Shown here: piece after piece, positions 1 to 12,198 of the stretch
How the letters are laid out: the number at the start of each line of letters is the position of its first letter
Numbering within the stretch: position 1 is the stretch's first letter
Assembly (NCBI RefSeq): GCF_003704095.1
Contig: NW_020843537.1
Coordinates: forward strand, 62,001-126,000
Origin: Pocillopora damicornis
Lineage: Eukaryota
Length of the DNA: 64,000 bases
Direction: 5' to 3'
Made by a program: the position numbers and the translations under genes
Notes under the pieces: generated by a model
Seen by the model: only the letters and a program-made list of their open reading frames with translations
Told to the model about the DNA's origin: nothing
The model's database searches: none

Positions 1-798
1 TGGACAAATGGATAACGATTTGCATACGTAAGCATTGTGCAACGAGGAAGTGAGGTTCCGTCATACACGAAAATTATCTCTTTGCTAAAGAGATCAGTAT
101 TTTTCGAGACTGGTTGTTAAATAAGAGGTCTTTGATGCAATGAACAATGCAATTACAGAACAAAGTTCGTGGGCTAAAATTGGCGTAGAAGTGATTGATA
201 TTCTATTTGTTCAATGAGGTGCAGTAATTTACTTTCAGATCTACTCTGTCGTCTCACAATCTCTAGAAAAAAATCAGTATTTATTACTGACTAATCGTTG
301 TCATCTTATCTCTTGGATTTTCACTCAGTACAGTACAGTGGTGGATTCTTCTAGTCGACACTTGGCCTGTTTCTGTGTAATGCAAATGAGGTTTTTAGAC
401 CAGATCCCTTCACAGGGCTAGACGGCTTTTGCTTTGTTAGCGCTCTCACTAAACTTTCATACTAAAAAAACTGGAGCTTATTCGAAACCTGTTCATTAGA
501 TGTCAAAGAGCTGAAGTATTAATTCTGACTACCTCTTTATAAGGATTTGTTTGAAATTCAAACGATAGAAATACATATCATTAATAAACTTGATCGTCAA
601 CATCTTTTCCTCAAATTTTCAGTGAAGAAGTGGAGTAGTCAATATTTTCGCTAACATTCAGATGCCCGGAGTATTGTTTCTGCTTTGTTAGCACTTTTAC
701 TTTCAAAACATCATAGTAAAAAACCTGCAGCTTATTCGAAACATGTTCATTCGGTATCGAATATTTCAAGTGTTCACTCGAAGACTCTAACGCGGATA

Positions 799-1709
799 AT
801 GAATAACAGTTTTGTGATTGAAGTTTTTGCCCGTGTTTTATTCAGCTTCACACGCGGTGTGACAGAGCACTACGACCCTGATGAGCCTGAAGTGGAGATC
901 TTTGGATACAACGATAGCTTAAGCAGTGAGGGTCGAGAGTGGAATTGTCAGCCCGTTGATAAACCTATTTATCAGGAATATTCACCGCCATCGGACGACG
1001 ATTATGATCTCTTGTCAGTCGGTAATTCTCGACTTAGATATCGGGTCATTGACGCGAGCTCACCGGACGAAGATGGAGACGAACAGCAAGATGTAGATAA
1101 CGAAATGGCATGGAAGCGATTCAGACCGTCCGTTCTTTGCACAATTTGTCAATCTATGTACATCGGCGCATTAATTTCACTTTTAACTCCAGCCATCTTA
1201 GGCCTTTTTTACGTCATGATCTGTTACGTCTCTTATGAAACAGTACTCAACTGCCAATTTGACCCGAATGAGAGAATCCCAGTTAAAATACAGTGGATCA
1301 GAACATTGTCTGGCGTGATAAGTATAGCCTTTCTATACATGTGGTTCTTTGTAGGAATGCTTTTTCTTTTTCGACCGTATCAGTTAAATGGCGTGAAAAG
1401 AAAACTCATTCTTGTTGCTTTTGTCTTTTTTTGTGTGGATACAGTGTATCGTGTTGTCTTTCAAGTCTTTGGAATATCTAATTCCCAGTTTTCTGTGATT
1501 CGGAAGATTCCTCTCAACATTATATTCCTAATTAGCGTATGTTGCCAAGTTTACCTTCTAGCAAATCACTTTCGGAACCTGTCGAGTAGGACGAGTTTAT
1601 TTATAAAATTAACGACACCCTACTGCTTCACTTTCTTTATTGGCATCTTTGCAGAATCGTTTATTTATCCAATGTACAACAAGCAAACTGAACATGGAAA
1701 ACTCCTTAT
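799..1709 (+). CDS. Uncharacterised multi-pass membrane protein family ('CKMPF family'), 5' half, truncated by assembly gap
   Basis: Open frame from ATG 799 (MNNSFVIEVF...) to the gap, with IYQEY, MAWKRFRPS and FRPYQLNGVKRKL motifs shared with complete copy 37535..39145; no introns. Confidence 0.8.
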
Positions 1710-1809
1710 NNNNNNNNNNNNNNNNNNNNNNNNNNNNNNNNNNNNNNNNNNNNNNNNNNNNNNNNNNNNNNNNNNNNNNNNNNNNNNNNNNNNNNNNNNN
1801 NNNNNNNNN

Positions 1810-3053
1810 ATTCAATAGCAAGCGGAACTGAGGTATAAGTTGCAAATTCCTGAAGCAGCGTCAACAATGAAATATTTTGTAAATAAATGAATTGGTATAC
1901 GTAAAACAATCCGTTAGCACACACAATGGCAGTTGATTCATACAAAATGCTTATGATAACGATATCAGCCATAAGTCTCTCTCGGCGAGGAGTGCGAAAA
2001 CTTCTTCAAGGAGCTGATATTCTTTTCAAGATTACATGAAAAATATGATCACTGAAGACCATGGCGCTTCGTTCTAGAACCTCTACCGCGCAGTAAATTA
2101 TTCCAAGAGCAGCGATGAACTTGATGTTTTCAAGTTCTGCCTGCATTACTCGAAACATGATCGCCGATGCAAAATACAACGGCACTAAGAAGATGTACGA
2201 GTATCCTGGATGAGCAATTTTCTTCAAGCGTTGAGTGCAAAGTCGTAAGATTACCTTAAAGATAACTCCAAAGAGAGGTGAAAAGAGTGCAATCAGGAGT
2301 TTTTCCATGTTCAGTTTGTTCGTTGTACATTGGATAAATAAAAGATACTGCAAAGATGCCAATAAAGAAAGTGAGGCAATAGGGTGTCGTCAATTTGATA
2401 AATTAAGTCGCTCTACTTGACAGTTTTCGGAAGTAATTTGTTAGAAGATAAACTTGCCAACATATGCTACTTAGAGATATAATGTTGAGAGGAATCTTCT
2501 GAAAAACAGAAAGTTGGGAATGAGATATTCCAAAGACTTGAAGGACAACACGATACACTGTATCCACGCAGGAAAGGACAAAAGCAACAAGAACGAGTTT
2601 TCTTTTCACGCCCTTTAACTGATACGGTCGAAAAAGAAAAAGCATTCCTACAAAAAAACCACATGTATCGTAAGGGACGTAAGAGATTATTACGCATAAA
2701 AGGCTAATGAAGGCTGGAGTTAAAAGTGAAATAAATGCGCCGATGTACATTGATTGACAAACTGTGCGAAGAACGGACGGTCTGAATCATTTCCAAGCCA
2801 TTTCGACATCTTCATTTTGCTGTTCGTCTTCATCTTCGTCCGGTGAGCTTGCGTTAATGACCCAAAATCTTACTCGAGAATTACCGACTGACAAGAGATC
2901 ATAATTGTCGTCCGATGGCGGTGACTATTCCTGATAAATAGGTTTATCAACAGGCTGACAATTCCACTCTCGACCCTCACTTAAGCTATCGTTGTAACCA
3001 AAGGTCTCCACTTCAGGCTTATCAGGGTCGTAATGCTCTGTCACTCCTTGTGT
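1810..3053 (-). pseudogene. CKMPF-family pseudogene
   Basis: Homologous to copy 799; ~100-nt deletion near 2665 removes the NCQF loop; frameshifts; PWG codons changed to CCT TGA AGA (stop at 2006-2008); 5' end replaced by a LINE fragment. Confidence 0.85.
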
Positions 3054-3320
3054 GTTTGACGAAGTGGATGACAAACTCTACGCCTTTGAAAAATTGTACT
3101 ACGAAATTCTGAATGAACACACCCCTCTTAAGCAGACTTTGTTTTAATTTTGAACACATCAATCAAGCACAAGTAGAAAAAGCACTTTTGGACGTGAATG
3201 TCCGTAAATCGTGCGGCCACGATATGCTGTCTCTAAGGCTTGTGAAGGAATCGGCATCTGTCATAGATAAACCTATCACTAATATTTTGAACACCTCCAT
3301 TGAACAAGGTTGCTACCCCA
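3054..3320 (+). mobile_element. Non-LTR retrotransposon (CR1/L2-like) ORF2 fragment
   Basis: Translates FDEVDDKLYAFEKLYYEILNEHTPLKQ then FNFEHINQAQVEKALLDVNVRKSCGHDMLSLRLVKESASVIDKPITNILNTSIEQGCYP, typical of the pre-RT region (KSxGxD...P motif). Confidence 0.8.
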
Positions 3321-5792
3321 NNNNNNNNNNNNNNNNNNNNNNNNNNNNNNNNNNNNNNNNNNNNNNNNNNNNNNNNNNNNNNNNNNNNNNNNNNNNNNNN
3401 NNNNNNNNNNNNNNNNNNNNGTTGTATAATTTTCAATGGCAATTAAACAGTTCGATACCTTTTCCCAACGAGCACGCAGTTCTTTTGTGTAACTGTTTAN
3501 NNNNNNNNNCCTCAGGCAAAAAACCCGAATCGAAAATGAGCTTTCGATCAATTGCTTCTCTACGAGCTTTTATCCATGAATACGGTTTGCAATGATCCGC
3601 AGTACTTGGCAGGGTTTAGAGGCGTGATAGTTTCTCCTTNNNNNNNNNNNNNNNNNNNNNNNNNNNNNNNNNNNNNNNNNNNNNNNNNNNNNNNNNNNNN
3701 NNNNNNNNNNNNNNNNNNNNNNNNNNNNNNNNNNNNNNNNNNNNNNNNNNNNNNNNNNNNNNNNNNNNNNNNNNNNNNNNNNNNNNNNNNNNNNNNNNNN
3801 NNNNNNNNNNNNNNNNNNNNNNNNNNNNNNNNNNNNNNNNNNNNNNNNNNNNNNNNNNNNNNNNNNNNNNNNNNNNNNNNNNNNNNNNNNNNNNNNNNNN
3901 NNNNNNNNNNNNNNNNNNNNNNNNNNNNNNNNNNNNNNNNNNNNNNNNNNNNNNNNNNNNNNNNNNNNNNNNNNNNNNNNNNNNNNNNNNNNNNNNNNNN
4001 NNNNNNNNNNNNNNNNNNNNNNNNNNNNNNNNNNNNNNNTTTGAAAATTGACTACGTGTTTAACAACGTGAGCAAATTTATTCTCTTCCAGTTTGTTCTG
4101 TTGCCTAAACAAAAACTGCATGTTCCTGCTTTCATTTCATTCAAAGAATCAGAGAAAGNNNNNNNNNNNNNNNNNNNNNNNNNNNNNNNNNNNNNNNNNN
4201 NNNNNNNNNNNNNNNNNNNNNNNNNNNNNNNNNNNNNNNNNNNNNNNNNNNNNNNNNNNNNNNNNNNNNNNNNNNNNNNNNNNNNNNNNNNNNNNNNNNN
4301 NNNNNNNNNNNNNNNNNNNNNNNNNNNNNNNNNNNNNNNNNNNNNNNNNNNNNNNNNNNNNNNNNNNNNNNNNNNNNGTAGCTTTTTCGTCGTTTGGTTA
4401 TAATTTGACAGGTTTAGAACGACCGAAACCACTTTCAGCCACTCTGTCTCGAAACTTTTTCCTTTTCACNNNNNNNNNNATCAAAGGCAGAAAAAATGGA
4501 TGTTAACTGCAATGAGTTCGCTGAAAACGCTGAGAGTTTGCTTCGTAAGCACTTTCAGTATGGATGTACTNNNNNNNNNNNNNNNNNNNNNNNNNNNNNN
4601 NNNNNNNNNNNNNNNNNNNNNNNNNNNNNNNNNNNNNNNNNNNNNNNNNNNNNNNNNNNNNNNNNNNNNNTAAATCAGAGTTCCCTTCGTCTTTAAGTAA
4701 TATTTGTGTCGATTTGATAACTACGAGCTCAAATTGGATGTAAAATGGAAAGGTTCACACAATTTATCTCGAGACATGACTCNNNNNNNNNNAAAGAATT
4801 GTACAAGTGTTTGTTATTTCTTTGAATAAAATGACCGAGGTACCACACACATAATGTTTAATAATAACTAATATTGTATCGATTAACCAATAGCTATTAA
4901 ATAAAGGTATGAACTGCACTTTCTAGGGGTACAGAGGCTTGATAACTCTATANNNNNNNNNNNNNNNNNNNNNNNNNNNNNNNNNNNNNNNNNNNNNNNN
5001 NNNNNNNNNNNNNNNNNNNNNNNNNNNNNNNNNNNNNNNNNNNNNNNNNNNNNNNNNNNNNNNNNNNNNNNNNNNNNNNNNNNNNNNNNNNNNNNNNNNN
5101 NNNNNNNNNNNNNNNNNNNNNNNNNNNNNNNNNNNNNNNNNNNNNNNNNNNNNNNNNNNNNNNNNNNNNNNNNNNNNNNNNNNNNNNNNNNNNNNNNNNN
5201 NNNNNNNNNNNNNNNNNNNNNNNNNNNNNNNNNNNNNNNNNNNNNNNNNNNNNNNNNNNNNNNNNNNNNNNNNNNNNNNNNNNNNNNNNNNNNNNNNNNN
5301 NNNNNNNNNNNNNNNNNNNNNNNNNNNNNNNNNNNNNNNNNNNNNNNNNNNNNNNNNNNNNNNNNNNNNNNNNNNNNNNNNNNNNNNNNNNNNNNNNNNN
5401 NNNNNNNNNNNNNNNNNNNNNNNNNNNNNNNNNNNNNNNNNNNNNNNNNNNNNNNNNNNNNNNNNNNNNNNNNNNNNNNNNNNNNNNNNNNNNTAAGGTC
5501 ACTATTACTGATAGCGAATCGTAATAAAAATTCTTTTCGATCTTAAAGCTCTGAAGCAGGGGTTTGGTTCACTGCGTTATATTCTTGCATGAGTGCATCA
5601 GAAATNNNNNNNNNNNNNNAAGTTTAGTAGATTACTTTTAAGAATATCACGAGATTCTTAAATTCTGGAGTTTCCTCTATCTACAAATCATCTTGTTCAG
5701 TGCGTGACTGCTGGACAGTAAATTGTTAACTTAGAAACGGTACACTCCAAATACACTGTCTTGAAAAATTTAGAAATACAAANNNNNNNNNN

Positions 5793-6777
5793 TTTCTGTC
5801 TGTTTTTTCCCGTGTTTTATTCAGCTTCACACGTGGCGCGACACAGCATTACGACCCAGCTGAGGCTAAAGTGGAAACCTTTGGATATAACGATAGCTTA
5901 AGCAGTGAGGGTCGAGAATGGAATAGTTNNNNNNNNNNTAAACCTATTTATCAGGAATATTCACCGCCATCGGACGACGATGATGATCTCTTGACAGTCG
6001 GTAATTCTCGAGNNNNNNNNNNGGTCACCAATACGATCTCACCATGCAGATGAAGATGAAGACGAACAGNNNNNNNNNNATGATGAAATGGCTTGGAAGC
6101 GATTCAGACCGTCCGTTCTTCGCACAGTTTGTCAATCAATGTACATCCGCATATTGATTTCACTTCTATCCGCTGTCATCCTCAGCCTTTTTTACATCAT
6201 GATCTCTTACATCTCGTCCGAACCGATGCGGAACTGGCAATTTCACCCGAAGGAGACACCCCCAGTCAAAATACAGTGGATCAGNNNNNNNNNNNNNNNN
6301 NNNNNNNNNNNNNNNNNNNNNNNNNNNNNNNNNNNNNNNNNNNNNNNNNNNNNNNNNNNNNNNNNNNNNNNNNNNNNNNNNNNNNNNNNNNNNNNNNNNN
6401 NNNNNNNNNNNNNNNNNNNNNNNNNNNNNNNNNNNNNNNNNNNNNNNNNNNNNNNNNNNNNNNNNNNNNNNNNNNNGTGTATCGTGTTGTCCTTCAAGTC
6501 TTCGGAATATCTCATTCCCAGCTTTCTGTGACTCAGTAGATTCCTCTCAACATTCTGTTTCTAATTAGCATATGTTGCCAAGTTTATCTTCTAACAAATC
6601 ACTTCCGGAACCTGTCAAGCAGAGCGAGTTCATTTATAAAATTGACAACACCGAGCTGTTTAAGCTTATTTATTGGCATCTTTGCAGTATCGTTTATTTA
6701 TCCAATGTACAACAAGCAAACTGAACATGGAAAACTCCTCACCGCNNNNNNNNNNCCTCTCTTTGGAGTTATCTTTA
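5793..6777 (+). pseudogene. CKMPF-family pseudogene, 5' half
   Basis: Homologous to copy 799; in-frame TAG at 6537-6539; loop Cys changed to Trp; homology ends at a SINE-like sequence. Confidence 0.8.
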
Positions 6778-6844
6778 CCTCTGCGATACCGGTTCATGGG
6801 TTCAAATCCCGTACGGGCCTGAAATTTTTTTCAGGTCCTACTTA
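6777..6844 (+). mobile_element. tRNA-derived SINE fragment
   Basis: Pol III B-box GGTTCAAATCC at 6799-6809 followed by a CCTGAAA-TTTTTTCAGG hairpin; abuts the coding sequence at GVIF; no full cloverleaf. Confidence 0.6.
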
Positions 6845-7070
6845 NNNNNNNNNNNNNNNNNNNNNNNNNNNNNNNNNNNNNNNNNNNNNNNNNNNNNNNN
6901 NNNNNNNNNNNNNNNNNNNNNNNNNNNNNNNNNNNNNNNNNNNNGATATTTGCATGGAGTTGCTCTTAACTTTCGAAACATTATACTAAAAAACCTGGAG
7001 CTTATTCGGAACTTGTTCATTCAGTATCGAAGATCTCAAGTGTTCGCTCGAAGACTCTGTAACGCGGACA

Positions 7071-7195
7071 ATGAATAACAGTTCGCTCTCTGAATTTTTT
7101 ACCCGGCTATTTGGATGACAGCAAATCTCCTGGAAGTTGTGGATAGGCGCTTTGATGAGTCTAAAAGTCACCATTGTAACATGCCATTCACATAG
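7071..7195 (+). pseudogene. CKMPF-family internally deleted remnant (start fused to C-terminus)
   Basis: ATG AAT AAC AGT.. (MNNSSLSEFFTR) with the family upstream region is joined out of frame to AIWMTANLLEVVDRRFDESKSHHCNMPFT-TAG. Confidence 0.85.
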
Positions 7196-9136
7196 CGAAC
7201 TTCTAAAAACTAAATGCCGGCAGTCTTTCAGCCTTCGTTATGTTATTAACATGTGGTGATACTAGAGATTGTTGACATATTACACTTATTATCCAACTGC
7301 AGAAAGTAGATTACAAATGACGCGCAAAAAGAATAAAAATATCCTATGATATCGTAGGGTTATTTGGACAGTTGGCTATTTTGTACTGTGAAAAACCTGT
7401 TTAACAAGTCGGCTGCGCGCGCTACGCTTCTCTATCCGCTTTGCTTTTCCTGCCTCATTAGAAATGAACAGAAAGACTTAGCAGAAAGCAGTTGGCAGAA
7501 AGCAGTTGTGTAGTATGGCTGAGTATTTTTACTCGTTGTCTGTTTTTTGACTCTTAGGTCAAAGTACAGCACAACCCGTAAAAATACTCAGCGATACTAC
7601 ACACAAAAACGTCTAATAAAATATATGTATTCATACTAACATGATTCCGAGTGCAATTCAGAGTTTATAGGCACGAGTAAATCTTTCAAAGACAACACTT
7701 CACTTATTACACTTTACTTATTGCACCAAATTTCAAGAGAAATCATTTTATTACTTGTTAACAATGTACATGAAAAAGACAGAATTTTTAAGCGTCCGTG
7801 CATTCGTATTATAACTTTGCACTCGTGATGCATGAGAATGCACTCATTTTCAGCCAAGTAGAAGCGCGTAATTGTTTCATGTACATTATTACGGAAACGA
7901 GGCAATGAAGAAAACAAAATTAACCCGCGTAGCTTGTGGGACGAAGAAATATTTCAGTCCTTTCTGTATCAAAGGTATATTTGCGACATTGGACTACAAA
8001 GATCTTTTAGAGAGCAAGCAAGCTATCATCGATGCACCAGCGAGGGTCTTAGCACGAAGCTTTCAAGAACATCACCTTTCTTTTCAGTTGAAAAAATTAC
8101 CTCACACCTCATTTAATATGGACATACCGTGTGCGGACAGAAATTGAGGTACATTCAAGACAGTGTATTTGGAGTGTACCGTTTCTAAGTGAAACAATTT
8201 ACTGTTCAGCAGACACGCACTTAACAAGATGATTTGTAGATAGAGGAAACTCCAGAATTAAAGAATCTCGTGAGATTCTTAAAAGTAATCTACTGAACTC
8301 CACACTTGAATATAATTTCTGATGCACTCGTGCAAGAATTCAACGCAGTGAACCAAACCCCTGCTTCAGAGTTTTAGGAACGAAAAGAATCTTTATTACG
8401 ATTCGCTATCAGTAATGGTGACCTTAAATATTTCAGCAAAAATAGACTTAATACAATTTATTCTAAAAAGTTTCAAACTATTCACCAGAGTTAGTTAGAT
8501 GCAGTGTAAACCTTTGCCCTTTAGGTACAACTGCTGATGCGCAACTGAAACGTCCCCTACTTTATTCTGAGGGGTGGGGTGAGGGTTAAGAAACGAGGTT
8601 GCACTATTGACTATAATGTCTCATCTCCCATTTACAATTAACAAAATTCAAGCAACTAAGAACTGATTTACTCTTCTCAGTTTAAGAATTAACAATACTC
8701 TGGGCTTATATCGCACTGATATAACATTTCGATCGGTTCTCAATGTATGGTAAACGGAACAATAGTTTTCTCTCGAGACTAGGCTGAGTGATTTGAATAC
8801 TCTTTGCGTGTTTCATTAGCCTTCAGAGTGAGTTATCAAGCCTCTATTCCTCTAGAGAGTGCAGTTCATACCTTTATTTAATAGCTATTCGTTAATCGAT
8901 ACAATAGAAGTTATTATTAAACATTATGTGTGTGGTACCTCAGTCATTTTATTCTAAGAAATAACAAACACTTGTACAATTCTTTGAAAGAATAACAGAG
9001 TCATGTCTCGAGATAAATTGCGTGAACCTGTCATTTTACACCCAGTTTGAGCTCTTATTTATCAAATCCAGATAAATATTCCTCAAAGACAAAGGGAATT
9101 CTGATTTAGTCCACATTCCTCAACTAGGGCGCACTC
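7196..9136. repeat. Duplicated intergenic spacer between convergent CKMPF paralogs
   Basis: High-identity full or partial copies at 4671-5780, 9764-10882, 12199-12709, 13641-13811, 16689-18009, 18130-19789, 20191-21493 and 23253-24280 (shared strings such as gaggggtggggtgagggttaagaaacgagg and gtaccacacacataatg). Confidence 0.9.
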
Positions 9137-9551
9137 TCAAGAAAACGGCATTTTGCAAGGATGGTTAGTTTCACTAAACCACCCGTGTAAAATTTCTAGG
9201 ACACACCCGCTGGACCACAATGCTAAGGGAACTGCATTAACAATTGCTACAAGTACATGTCTTTTCCATCTTTTTCGCCAAACAGCCATGACGGCCATGT
9301 TCTGATAGTGAGTTTCTATCGCAAGAGATACGCTAGTGAAAAACCACTCAATCACCAGTAAAATCGATGTTTGGATGGCGAACGATATAAGCAAATTTGC
9401 AAAGGATTCGTTTTCCACGTAAATAAGTTGATACAAGAAGAAAACGCCATTAACAGACACGAGGCCGATTGACTCATACAACATACTTATAATGACAATA
9501 TCAGCCATTAGTCTCTCGCGGCGAGGAGTGCGAAAACTTCCCCAAGGAGCT
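9137..9551 (-). CDS. CKMPF family, 3' part (truncated by gap)
   Basis: Open frame APWGSFRTPRRERLMAD...NHPCKMPFS-TGA. Confidence 0.75.
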
Positions 9552-9651
9552 NNNNNNNNNNNNNNNNNNNNNNNNNNNNNNNNNNNNNNNNNNNNNNNNN
9601 NNNNNNNNNNNNNNNNNNNNNNNNNNNNNNNNNNNNNNNNNNNNNNNNNNN

Positions 9652-9763
9652 AGCAATTGTTAATGCAGTTCCCTTAGCATTGTGGTCCAGCGGGTATATC
9701 ATAGAAATTTTACACGGGCGGTTCAGTGAAACTAAGCATCCTTGCAAAATGCCGTTTTCTTGA
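9652..9763 (+). CDS. CKMPF family, 3' tail (truncated by gap)
   Basis: AIVNAVPLALWSSGYIIEILHGRFSETKHPCKMPFS-TGA followed by the shared spacer. Confidence 0.65.
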
Positions 9764-10982
9764 GAGTGCGCCATAGTTGAGGAATGTGGACTGAATCAGA
9801 GTTCCCTTCGTCTTTGAGCAATATTTATGTGGATTTGATAAATAAGAGCTCAAACTGAGTGGAAAATGGACGGGTTCACGCGATTTATCTCGAGACATGA
9901 CTATGTTATTCTTTCAAAGAATTATACAAATGTTTGTTATTTCCTAGAACAAAATCACTGAGGTACCACACACATAATGTTTAATCAGAATCATAACCTC
10001 TATTGTATCGATTGATCAATAGCTATTAAATAAAGGTATGAGCTGCACTCTCTAATGGTATAGAGGCTTGATAACTTACTATAAAGGCTAATGAAACACG
10101 CAAAGAGTTTCCAAATCACTTTTGTTCCGTTTACCAAACATCGAGTACCGGTACAAATGTTTCATCAACACTATATAAGCCTGAGTATTGTCGATACAGT
10201 TCTTACTTGCTTGATTTTTTTGGAGTGTAAAATTCCATAACTACTGAACGAGTTTTTGCAAAATAATTATTGATTTTGTGGACGTTCAAACGTTTATGTC
10301 ACCAATATAAATCTCTGTTAATATACAACAACCATTGCTTCTCTGACGTTAACAAAATGACTAGGAATATTATACATTAGAGTAACTATGATTGGTTGAG
10401 AGACAGTGTACATAGGTGTGTGAAGTTGACATGATAACCCAATATCTGCTGCAGATATTGGGTTATCATGTTGAGTATGCCCAGTTTCCAAGCCCCTCGT
10501 CCGTGAAATGTTCTCAAACTTTTGCAAACTCATAGAGAAGTGTCTTCTTTAGCAGATTGTTTCAAAAAATGTATAATAAAACAATAACCCTATTAAGTTT
10601 TCACATAATATTAAGGACGGGAAAATGTTTGGCTCTCGCTCATGATCTCGAGTCAAATATTCTCCCATCTGGCTCTTCCACTCAGTCATTAAGTAAATAA
10701 AATTGGAAGATGAGACATTATAGTCAATTGTGCGTCCTCTTTTCTCAATCCTCACCCCACCCCTCAGGATGAAGTAGGGGACTTTTCAGTTGCGCACCGG
10801 CAGTTGTATTTAAAGAGAAAAAGTTTACTAACACTGCATCTAACATTGTCTGGCGAATATTTTTAAAAACTTTAGAATAGATNNNNNNNNNNNNNNNNNN
10901 NNNNNNNNNNNNNNNNNNNNNNNNNNNNNNNNNNNNNNNNNNNNNNNNNNNNNNNNNNNNNNNNNNNNNNNNNNNNNNNNNN

Positions 10983-12198
10983 ATGTCATAGGCTCATTAT
11001 TTATGTCGGTCATTTATCTCCCGTATAAGACTTAACTCAACTGTCAGTTTCACTCCTACCAGTCAATTCCAGTTTAAGTTCAATGGATCAGTTCAATATC
11101 TGGTATCCTCTCCTATGCTTTTATATACATGTGGTTCTTCGTAACTGTGGTTTTGTTATTTCGCCCATTTCAGGTGATCGGGGTGAAGAGAAAGCTTGTC
11201 CTAGCAACTTTTCTATTGTATGGCTTGGACACACTTTATCGCGTTGTTCTACAAGCGTTACGAATAAATCAGTCAAAGTCTTTCACAAAGCAAAAGATAC
11301 CTTTCCATCTTATGTTTCTTATGACCATATCCGTGCAAGTTTATTTTTTAATGAAGCATTTTTTAAGTGGACGCTCGAGAAAACAACGGGCAAATTTTTC
11401 TTTCAAATGATTCTTCTGACCTGTTTTAGCGACATTCTGGCTTTCGTCCCAGCTTTTTCTTTATACCCAGCTTACATCGAACTAAACAAGGAAGGTAAAC
11501 TTCTGATCGCTGTTTCCGCTCCGCTTGTTGGAGTTGTTCTGAAAGTAATTTCAAGGATTTCCGTTCAGCGGTTGTGGAAATTTATACATCCGGGATATTC
11601 GTATGTGTTATTGGTGCCGGTGTATTTTGGCTCAGCTGTTTTGTTTCGAGTATTGCAAGCCGACTAAGGCAGTTTACAATCCATGGCTACTCTTGGAATA
11701 ATTCACAGTGTTGCATAAAGTTTTAGAAAGAAGCATGATGGTTATCATTAATCACTTCTGCCACGTGCTTTGGAAAAGAAAATGAGCTCCTTGGGGAAGT
11801 TTTCGCACTCCTCACCGCGAGAGACTAATGGCTGATACTTCTATTGTAAGTAAGTTGTATGAGTCAATCGGCCTCGTGTCTGCCAATGGCGTTTTCTTCT
11901 TCTATCAACTTATTTACGTGGAAAACGAACCCTTTGCAAACTTGCTTAAATTGTTGATCATCCAAACATCAATTTTACTGCTGATTGAGGGGTTTTTCAC
12001 CAACGTATCTCTTGTGATAGAAACTCACTATCAGAACATGGCCGTCATGGCCGTTTGGCAGAAAAGATGGAAAGACATGTACTTGTAGCAACTGTTAATG
12101 CAGTTCCCTTAGCATTGTGGTCTAGCAGGTCTAACATAGAAATTTTACACGGGCGGTTTAGTGAAATTAACCATCCTTGCAAAATGCCGTTTTCTTGA
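10983..12198 (+). pseudogene. CKMPF-family pseudogene
   Basis: Colinear homology through to HPCKMPFS-TGA, with several stops (e.g. TAA 11665-11667) and frameshifts (~11400, ~12070). Confidence 0.9.

Noticed and set aside
685-798. N-terminal extensions from TTG/GTG starts (685, 34306, 37499, 41375, 51862)
   Set aside because: Non-ATG starts; not conserved among paralogs; homologous ATGs lie downstream
3552-5502. Long ORFs consisting mostly of X (also at 13.7-14.3, 25.1-26, 29.1-30.5 and 54.5-55.2 kb)
   Set aside because: Artefacts of translating through N gaps
6777-6844. Functional tRNA gene
   Set aside because: Only a B-box/T-arm is present; no A-box or acceptor stem
9137-9763. Real inverted (palindromic) gene arrangements across 100-N gaps, also at 1710-1809 and 27220-27319
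   Set aside because: 100-N gaps are of unknown size and contig orientation may be arbitrary; only gap-free orientations were trusted
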